64,000 bases of DNA from NCBI GenBank assembly GCA_051294375.1, contig CM119265.1:544457-608456 (forward strand), in the 5' to 3' direction. The notes beneath the pieces were generated by a model. The model ran no database searches and was not told where the DNA came from. It saw nothing but the letters and a program-made list of their open reading frames with translations. The stretch is from Paraspadella gotoi (taxonomy: Eukaryota; Animalia; Chaetognatha). The position numbers and the translations under genes are program-made. Below are positions 54,640 to 64,000 of the stretch, piece by piece (position 1 is the stretch's first letter; the number at the start of each line of letters is the position of its first letter).

Positions 54640-56073
54640 ACCGTCTAAAATTCTCGAATCTTTCACGGTGTAACAGAAGCGACGAAAATCATTTTTCACA
54701 AAAATCCCATTAAAACTCAAAAACCTCGAAATTCTAAACTTTTCTTTTCACAAAATCAAAAAAGGAAACAAAATGTTAAACTCAAATCTTTTTTTCTTCT
54801 TAAATTTTTATGAAAACTTTTCTTTCTTCTCTTTCTCTTTATCCTTTGTTGTTATTTACATGCATTTTCCCGTATTCTTTTTAAATTCAGATAAAATTTC
54901 ATTATACATTGTAGGTTGTACTAATTTTAAAGGAGTGCGGAGTAGAGAACACGAAACACCTTAAGTTCACAAAATATTAACCCACTTCATTTATAGTAGA
55001 ATAGTAGAATAGCATTCTGGGAGTTTATAAACTTGATTGTGGGAGACTTGTTTGAAAACTTTCAAAGTTCTTCATATTATCATGAAAGTGGAATGCAGGC
55101 TAAAAACCCAGCATAGCCTGTCCAAAATAAGGAGGCAAGAAAGATTTATTGAATTTGAATAAATGGATAATTTTATAATTGTTGTATTATTAGTTTTTCG
55201 CCTTGTTTTAAAATGTTTTTGTTGAAACAAATAAAAATAAAACGACTTCAACCTTTTTTCTCCTTAATTTATTCTATTCGTTTCTTTTTTTTCTCTTTTT
55301 CTTTCTTTTTCTTAAATTCAGCAGCTGCCGTCTCTTCTGAATTTAAAGAGATTCAGACAACGAATCAAAAAGATTCAGGCGGAGATTCAAATAGATTCAG
55401 CCAATGAATCAGAAAAATTCAAGCAGAAACTCCAGGTTTTTCTAATTTTATATATTTTGAAAGATAAAGACACTAGAAGTTAGTCAATAGACAGGCTATG
55501 GTGGCTTCTGGCTTAAATTTCTGCCTTTTCTCAGATTTTGTTCTTTTGGTTTTTTGTTTTTTGTTCTCTTTTTTTTAAACTTATACCTTTTATTTTTTTT
55601 CATTTGTTTTCAATGCTTCTCTTTGTTCTTATTACCTAATACTTTTATTTCTTTCTTCTTTCTTTTCTTTTTTCTTTACTGGGAAGATGGGTATCAAGCT
55701 AAAGGTAGGTTCTAACTAGTCTCTCATCAGGGAAAAGAGGTAAGTAGGGTAAGGAATATATTGGTATTAGGTAAATAGCTACAACAAAGGGAACAAGGGT
55801 TCATAAAAGGGAGAGAAGGGAGAGGGAAGGTTTGCAGACCCCGAGACCGAGAGGAGAAGTTGAGAGAGTGAGTCCGATCTCCAAGACTCTATCCGTGACT
55901 CCGGGGATGAAGAGGAGGGGACGACGAGGGGAGGAGGAGGCGTTGAGAGGGGGAAGAGAAGGCCCGGGGGAGAGAAAGGTTCTGGCAGTAGGGTGAGCCT
56001 CTATCTTGCTTTATATTTCATAACTTTTTTTTTCTTGTTTATTTGTTCTTTCATTTCTCTTTTTTTAATATTT
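54108..56073 (+). repeat. Copy 2 of the ~1.9 kb direct repeat, starting immediately after an N gap
   Basis: Begins right after the N run at 54083-54107 and matches 47810-49734 up to taatattt, then diverges. Confidence 0.95.
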
Positions 56074-56079
56074 CATACC

Positions 56080-56600
56080 TTTTTGTTTCTTGTTTATCTG
56101 TTCTTTCTTTTCTCTTTTGTTAATATTTCATACCTTTTTCTTTCATTTTTGTTTGTTTTTTCTTTTCTTTTTTGTTCATATTTTATACTTTTTTTTCTTG
56201 TTTATTTGTTCTTTTTTTTCTCTTTTGATCATCTTTCATACATTTTTCTTTCATGTTTATTTGTTCTTTATTTTATCTTTTTTTCTTATTTCCTACCTTT
56301 TTCTTTTTTGTTCATATTTCATACCTTTTTCTTTCCTATTCATATTTCATACTTTTTCTATCTTGTTCATATTTCATACCTTTTTTTTCTTGTTCATATG
56401 TCATACCTTTTTCTTTCTTTTTCATATTTCATACCTTTTTCTTTCTTGTTCATATTTCATACCTTTTTATTCTTGTTCATTTGTTTTTTCTTTTCTCTTT
56501 TGTTTATATTTCACACCTTTTTCTTTCTTGTTCATATTTCATACATCTTTCTCTCTTGTTCATATTTCATACCTTATTCTTTCTTGTTCATTTGTTCTTT
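56080..56600. repeat. ~28-bp T-rich minisatellite (ttgttcatatttcatacctttttt)
   Basis: Directly visible. Confidence 0.85.
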
Positions 56601-56778
56601 GTTTTTTGTTTCACTTTCGTCGATTTTCACAGTCGACTGAATAAGAGAGAAATTGAGGGGAAAGAAAACAAAAGGAAAAAAAAACATAAGAAATGACGTC
56701 ATCGGGAAGAAAAAAAAACAATGAAAAAAAACAAAATCCTGAACTGTATATAATAGAAAATAACATAGGAGAGAACAT

Positions 56779-56937
56779 GTGAGAGAGTTTCGATTGAAAG
56801 CTTGCAGGGCTATGCTATGTCATTATCTAGTAAGAGTGATGGAGGCCTTAAACCACCAAAGCCAGTCCAAAGTCAGGGGCAAGATAGCTTATTTATAAAT
56901 GAATGGATAAATTAAATATTGGTTGTACCAATTTCAT
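56779..56937 (-). mobile_element. Partial copy of the MITE family, inverted
   Basis: Reverse complement of 39350-39510 (ggcaagatagcttattt...ttggttgtaccaatttcat). Confidence 0.75.
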
Positions 56938-57068
56938 AAACATTTAAAAAGCAATTGAATAGAATAACGTGTTAAAAAAAGAAAGAAATAAATAAAGAAA
57001 GAAAGGAGGAAAGAAAGAAAAGGAAAGGAAGAAATAAAGAAATAAATAAAGAAGGAAAGAAACAAAAA

Positions 57069-57104
<36 letters not shown>

Positions 57105-57932
57105 AGAAAAGAAAGAAAGAAAGAAAAGAAAGATGCACTGACAAGCATCATTATCATTCATCCTTGTCCGGAACTCGTAACCTTGAGAAAATGGAAGGAA
57201 AAAATAAGAGAAAAGAAGAAAAAAAGAAAAAAAGAAAAAAAGAAAAAAAAGAAAAAAAAGAAAAAAGAAAAAAGGAAGAAAAAAGAAAAAAGAAAAAAGG
57301 GAAAAAAGAAAAAAGGGAAAAAAAGGGAAAAAAAGAAATAAAGAAAAAAAAGACAAAAAATTTATAAAGAAAAAAAAGAAAAAAAAAGAAAAAAAGAAAA
57401 AAAATATGGAAAAAAAAGAGACAAAAAAGCAAGAAAAAGAAAAAAAAAGAAAAAAGAAAAAAGAAAAAAAAAGAAAAAAGAAAAAAAAAGAAAAAAGAAA
57501 AAAGAAAAAAATAAGAAGAATAGATTGCCAGAAAAAAACACAAAAGAAACAAAAAAGTAACATTTATAAATAGAGAGATTGATAAATAGACGGATAGACG
57601 ACTAGAGAGATAGACAGATAGAGAGATATAAAAATAAATAGAGATATGTATATATAGATAGATGTTGTTGACCTTGAAAAGAGAGGAAACTGGTTCTGAG
57701 TCTTCGAGGAAAAAAAAGAAAAAAAAGAAAGAAAAAAAAGATAAAACCTTAATTAGATGTCGCACAAGTTTTAATTTGACTATTAATACAATTTAAAGTG
57801 AATAGTTAAACAATATTTTTTTACGATGAACAAATTATAAGAATGTTTAAATGTTTATATTGTTTATATCAACCAACATCTAGATTCATATTTGACTGGT
57901 CGTTAATAATAATAAAAATAAAGATTGTACAG

Positions 57933-57991
<59 letters not shown>

Positions 57992-58226
57992 CTGCTCTGT
58001 CTACCAGCATATTTCTTTTAAACAGTGGCTCTTCTTTTCTGTTTTCAACTGAATTAGCAAAATAGAAAAATACTAATAAATGATTGAGAAAGAACTTATT
58101 TCCCTCATTCCAACAAACAATTTTAATTTAAACTACATCGCGAATGTTGACAAAATAAAACAGTTTTTAAAATTATAAAGTTTTAAACTTTTTAAATTAG
58201 ATTTTCGGTCCAATTTTTTTCTCACG

Positions 58227-61200
58227 ATGGAAGATGATGTGGCGTCAATTGTGAAATTGGGAGAAGATTCAGAAAATTTAGATGAATTCATGAATCTCGT
58301 CCTGAATTTCGCCTCCAAATTTGAGGAGACGATCGAAAGCTTAAAACGGAATAACAACAACAACAACGACGACGACGACGATAATGACGACGTTTCTCTT
58401 TATCTTCAAAAAGTCGGTCGATGTTTCGCAGCAAATGATTTTCCGCAAGTATTGGATGGGTTGTGGCAACCCCTTTTGCTGCAGCAGAGCAAAGGTAAGA
58501 CGTTGCAGAAATCTAACCAATCACATTTTAAACCAATCAGTCATTCAACCTCTCTCCAAGCCAACCAACTAATCACCAATTGAACAAATCACCCTTTCAA
58601 CCAATCACCAATGCAACCAATAACTCCTCCAATCAATCACCAATCAATCCAAATACCAATCAGTCTAATCACCATCAACAAATCACCGGTTCAATCAAAC
58701 ACCCATCCAATTAATCACCCATCAAATCAGTCACCAATCAATCCAATCACCCATCAATCTAATCACCATCAACCAATCACCGGTCCAATCAAACACCCAT
58801 CCAATCAATCACCCATCCAATCAATCACCAATGAATCTAATCACCCAATCAATATAATCACCCATCAATACAATCCACCGGTCCAAGCAAACACCCATCT
58901 AATCAATCACCCATCCAATCAATCATCCATCCAATCAATCACCAATCAATCCAATCACACACCAATCAATCACCCATCCAATCAATCATCCGTCAAATCA
59001 ATCACCGATAAATCCAATCACCCATCCGATCAATTACCCATCCAATTCAATCACCGATCATTCCAATCACCCATCCAATCAATCACCCATCCAATCAATT
59101 ACCCATCCAATTCAATCACTATTCAATCAAATCACACATTCAGGTCTTCAAACGATCTTCTCTCTCCTCCGTCTCTTCTCCTTTTCCTTTCCTCCATCTC
59201 GTCTTCTCTCTTCCTCCATCTCTTCCTCCTCTCTCCTCCCCCTCCTCTTCTTGCTCCTGGAATCCTCCGTCAAAATCCTCTGCGACCGAAACGACGACGT
59301 GGACGAGCCACTTCGGGCTGCGTGCGAGGATCTGGAGTTGGAGGAACCGGGCAGCGAGCCGGCGAGGAGACTCGTTAGGGGTCAGTAGTGGGAAGGGGGG
59401 TCTAGTGGCAGTGAATACGGTCAGGGTATTTTGTTAAAGGGCGATTTAATTATGAATAGAATAGGGTTAAACTTAAATTGGTATAAAAACTAATAATAGT
59501 ATTAATAACCCTAATATATACGGAAAAGATCCTATTAATATTATTTTATTTTGTTTAACAAATTTAATACTCAAATTAAAATTTTTCTTTCCTAAATTTA
59601 TTTTGACAATAATATTACTGTATCATATTACAATAATATACTACTTTTTTATACAGAATCTTCAATATTGCTGCTCAGCTTTTGCGAGAGTGATATCCTG
59701 ATGCAATTGTCGCTGGAAAGGTCATCAGATCAAATCCTGCATTTGTCGCGGGATTATTTCAAAGCAAAAACGAACATTGAAGCAACGCTTCTCTATCGTC
59801 TTTTTGTGAAAATCGCAACTGAAGATAAAATCATAAAGTTTTTTATAGAAAAAAATTCAATTGATTTAAAATTCTTTGACTTTTTACAAAATGGATTCAT
59901 GCAGAGGATAAGTGGAGGGTAAGAACTTGGTAAAACTTTTGGTGTATGTATTTATAAATTAAACTTAGCAAAGAATAATTATTAAAACTACCATTTTAAT
60001 AATTTCATAGGACGAAATTGGACAACAATTCCATAAATTGTATTCGCTGCCCTGACAATGAAGAAACGCTGGAAGAAAGTTTAGAAATACAATTCAAAAT
60101 GGCGGCGATGACTGAATTCGTTTCTGTCGCTAGAGGCGCTACCGCGACAGCAGCATTCGCCTTCTTGGCGGAAACCATTTTGGAATTTTATCCCAAAATA
60201 TTTGGATCGGCTGAGGTGAGGTAGTTATCAGTTAGTGTAAGGTCCATTTTTAGTAAGGTTGACTGGGGTAAGTTTCAAAAGCCACTAGAATATTAAATGA
60301 CCCTAATAAAATTCTCAGGACAAAAGGGAGAGAACGGAAGCCTTGAAAGGCCTTTGGATGGTCGCCCTGATAGAAGAAAAGTTAGAGGAAGTCAAGTCTT
60401 GCGTAGAAGATCTACATCTTGAGAACATGAATTGGATGTCAGAGATGACAACGACGACAGCGTCAATAGCGGCTGGGCTGCTATTTTGTCTCGGACTTGG
60501 AAAATATCACGAAAAAGAATCACAAAAGTCATTGAAACCTGAAGAAAAAATGATGAAAGAAAGATTCCAGTTAATAAAGGAATGCCTTGACACGGAACAG
60601 ACCTACATCAGCAGCCTGGAAATAGTTGTCGAATATGGAAAAGTCATTCGCTCTGACCCAAAACTCGGACTCAAAATGCGCCAGACTCTCCTGGGCAATC
60701 TGCCCGCCATCTTGAAAATTCACAAAGGAAAGATTCTTCCAGAAATGGAAGAAGCTTATTCGAGTCTCCTTGAAGATCATTATGACTTTTTCGTTTGCGC
60801 GGAAAAGTTGTTGAAAGTTTTCGAAGAGAATGAAAAAGTGATGACTGAGATGTACACCAAGTATGTTGGCAATGTGTCCAAAGCAGAGGAACTCATCAAA
60901 GAAAACCGGGAAAATCTGGAAAAAGTCAAGGAAGAAATTAAGGCTAAAAATGAAAACGTCACTAAAGTTGATTCACTCAATTTCTATATCCAAAAACCGT
61001 TTCAACGCATCACTAGGTATTAGAATAAATTAAAGTTTGGAACTAAAATTAAGCAAAAATATCTTTATAACTATTCTATCAATACACACTAATCTGTACT
61101 TATTTTTTTGTAATATTAAAATTTCAAAATTTTGATTTTAAACTCTGAGAACAGTTTCAGTTTCCTCAATAAAAGTTGGAAAGAGACATTTCAGTTTTTT

Positions 61201-61936
61201 AAAAATTATGTTGTTATATCAATTTTTTTAAAAAAATATATTTTTATATAAACTAAAAATAAATCATCGGTATTTTAAATTGTTATATACATTTTTGACA
61301 AATTTATTTAAATAAGTTTATAAAAGTTATAAACTTTTTTCAAGAAATTCAAATCATATCTTTAAATTTAAATATTTATATTTTAAAATGTTTGCTTATA
61401 GATTTATTACTACAAATATATATGTATAGCTCACTTTTGCCTATTAATGTATAAAAGTTAAAAATACATAAGTTTATCAAATTTTTTTGGGTTCTAAATG
61501 CTAAATTTAAAATTTATTTTAACATCCCTTTACTAGGTATCCTCTTCTCTTTGACAAAATACTCAAGTGTACTCTCAAGCTGGGCAAGCGAGAAGACAGG
61601 CTCATGGAGATGCAGACTGTACTCGAAGACCTGGTCAACATATCCAAGAAAATTCCTGCCAAAGTCAACCTGAGTTTGAATCTGGACAGGATTCAAAACG
61701 TGACGGACCGGCAACGTCATAATTGGGGTGTTGTCTATGACATGTCCACGTTCAACTGCTCGAACCCAAAACCTGCAACGAAAGCAGTTGAAGACTTTGT
61801 TCTTCACAAATCGGAAGAAGAGAAAGTTAATCATCTCATCAAAGGTTTTGGTGTTGTCAAGAAGACTGGTCTCATTGCAGAGCAGGCAATCGTCATCTGC
61901 CAGAAACAGGGCAAGGAAGAGAACAGCGCTATGAAG
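58227..61936 (+). CDS. Dbl-homology (DH) RhoGEF protein with a long N-terminal region and probable start of a PH domain; 3' end not resolved
   Basis: Exons 58227-58494, 59144-59380, 59657-59918, 60011-60215, 60319-61016, 61537-61936 join in frame with GT-AG. DH motifs: R..LIKECLDTEQTYISSL (CR1), LLGNLPAILKIH, MYTKYVGN, SLNFYIQKPFQRITR|YPLLFDKILKCT (CR3). The donor AAG|gtgaat at 61936 implies further exons. Confidence 0.82.
58510..59135. repeat. Degenerate (caatcaatcacccatc)n repeat filling RhoGEF intron 1
   Basis: Directly visible. Lies between donor 58494 and acceptor 59143. Confidence 0.88.
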
Positions 61937-63886
61937 GTGAATGCAAAAAAGATTTTTTATTAGAGATTGGTAAGTAATTTTTAATTAACTTTTTTTATTA
62001 TAACTTTAATATTAATTAAAAATAAGATTTTTTTGTAAAATTAAGTATATTGAACAGAAATAATTACATGAAAATTATATCTTAAAAATTGTTAATTAAT
62101 TTTGATTAAAATGTATTTTCAAAAGTTATTTTAATATCTTATAATCTTTAAAATATTTATACTTTTTCAAACTTGATAATTTTATAATTGTTAAAAAAAT
62201 ATTATAATTTTACATATTTTTTGCAGAAGAATTATTTTATTAACACAACGAAATTTATTAATAAATGCAGATATGTTTCAAACAGTACTTCTTCAGTTTG
62301 AAATACAAATTGGTTAAGGGTTCCGCGTACAAACGTTGCATTTAGGAAAAAAAACGACTCTTTCCACTATTGTTCAGTTGTAACTTTACAATGTTGATTA
62401 ACTTGTACCACAACACAAATTAGGCCGAACGAAGGATTGGTTAAAAACATCTCCACCAATTTCTAATGATAAAATAGTACCATTTTGGCAATTTTTAGCC
62501 AAAAAAATTATGTCCATTTTTGTCCATTTTTACTTACGACTTCTGATTTGAATGCCAAGGAAAGTTGAGAAAATTTTTTACTTTGGAAATCCGTTCTTTC
62601 TTATCTTCTTTACCTCTGGGTAAATTTATTAGCTTAAATCATTTATAGTTTGCCTATAAATTAATTTTAAAGTTAACAAGTCAAAAAGTTGGAGTTTCAG
62701 TCTTTATCATAATTTGTTAAACAAAAATAAATCAAATTGGTTGAAATTAACAGAAAATGTAGCCTATTGAATAAGCTTTTAACACCTATAAAATTATCAA
62801 AAAAAACTTTTCTGGTTTAGCCACAAATAATTTTAAAGACGTCTTTTAATTTGTGACTTTTTGTGACTTGCATTTATTTTTGATAAAGAGAATATTTTCA
62901 ACTCATTTATTAGTTTTAAAAGATGAGGTACATACTGACCTTGATTAATCAAAAAAAACCGCATCTTTTTAATCCACTGGAAAGCATCAGGACTTGTTTT
63001 TTCTCAAAATCGACAGATTTTTGGCGAAAAATTTTCCGCAAAATCTGTCGATTTACTAAATTTGCTAGGCAACCAAAATTGAAAGAAAAATCATGCGCTA
63101 ACACATCATTTTTTTCTTATAATGCTTATTAAAGAATTTCTTTGATTTGGCTCAATGTAAATGTAGTGAGAGTGAAGACGAAAGGAAAAACTATAAAAGA
63201 GAAGGGGAGAGAATGAAAGAGAGGGTGAAAGGCAAAAAAGAAAGGCAAATGGGGAAAAAATAGTGAAACAATTGTAAGGTAAGAAAAGAGGGGAAAATGG
63301 AAAGAAAAAGTGGGGAAAAAAAGGGAAAGAATGAAAATGAGAAAAAAGGTGAGGAAAGTGCATGAGTGACCGAAAAAGGTAGGGGCCAAAAAAATGGTAA
63401 GTGACAGCGGCAGGAGAAGTAGGAGGAAAGAGAAGAGGAAAATATAAAGTAGAGAGAAGAAAAGAGGTGAAGAAAAATTATCAGGAAAAGCGTATGAAAG
63501 AAAAAAAATTGTATCAGATAATGTGGCGTCTTACCTAAAATCTTTTGTGTCAGTAAAAGACATGAAGATTCTTATAAGGAATTCGATCTTTGAAAATCAT
63601 CTGTACCATAAAAATTCAAGCATACTTTTTTCTAAAGTTAAGCAGTTAATGAGATTAGATTGACAAGCATTGAAGAAATCATGTCTTACCGTATTTTTAA
63701 CTCATAGAAATTTACATGGGAAGTTCTAAGTAATAAGAAGGAGATAACTTGAGACTACCGTTTTTTTAAATGAAGAAAGCTTCGTACTAACCAATGAGAT
63801 CAAGAAATATGGTAATTATTGAAGTTCAGATTCGTTGTCTAAAAGACACCGATTGTATGCGAAACCTAAGTTCAAAAATTGCGTGA

Positions 63887-63940
<54 letters not shown>

Positions 63941-64000
63941 CCAACGTAGATTTGAGGGAAAGGTAAGTTCGAAGGTGAGGACAGCTTAGGTTAAACTAAG

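Noticed and set aside
47810-56073. The 1.9 kb direct repeats as the LTRs of the gypsy element
   Set aside because: No TG...CA ends, they start in a CT microsatellite, copy 2 begins exactly at an N gap, and the TG terminus lies at the point where the copies diverge.
58611-59378. 255-aa ORF inside the RhoGEF locus
   Set aside because: It is mostly an intronic aatc repeat. The real exon (59144-59380) uses a different frame.
62227-62301. Candidate terminal RhoGEF exon after tgcag
   Set aside because: A short AT-rich frame with no PH-like sequence, indistinguishable from intron.

Overview
This is AT-rich, microsatellite-dense invertebrate animal genomic DNA with spliceosomal GT-AG introns. There are four N-gaps and local signs of long-read indel error. 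From left to right: (1) the last coding exon of a BMP type I receptor-like Ser/Thr kinase (+, 1028-1216); (2) two tandem, intron-rich innexin paralogues on the minus strand (inx-A 4024-9352, 14 coding exons, 496 aa as assembled; inx-B 13594-17874, 11 coding exons, about 525 aa after two 1-nt corrections); (3) about 29 kb with no recognisable host exon, filled with (GA)n tracts, minisatellites, DINE-1/HINE-like elements, MITEs, tRNA-like SINE heads and a Tc1 remnant; (4) a heavily frameshifted Ty3/gypsy pol (RT-RNaseH-integrase) between two copies of a ~1.9 kb segment, probably filled and empty haplotypes joined at a gap; (5) a Dbl-homology RhoGEF gene (+, from 58227). The most interesting observations are in the innexin pair: tandem arrays of exon-end/splice-donor units giving in-frame alternative donors, paralogue-specific introns, near-identity limited to exons 1-2, a frame-compensated loss of TM1, divergent first extracellular loops and late-domain-like tail motifs. 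All gene models were derived by hand from the sequence and no database search was run. Most long ORFs in the supplied track are microsatellite artefacts.
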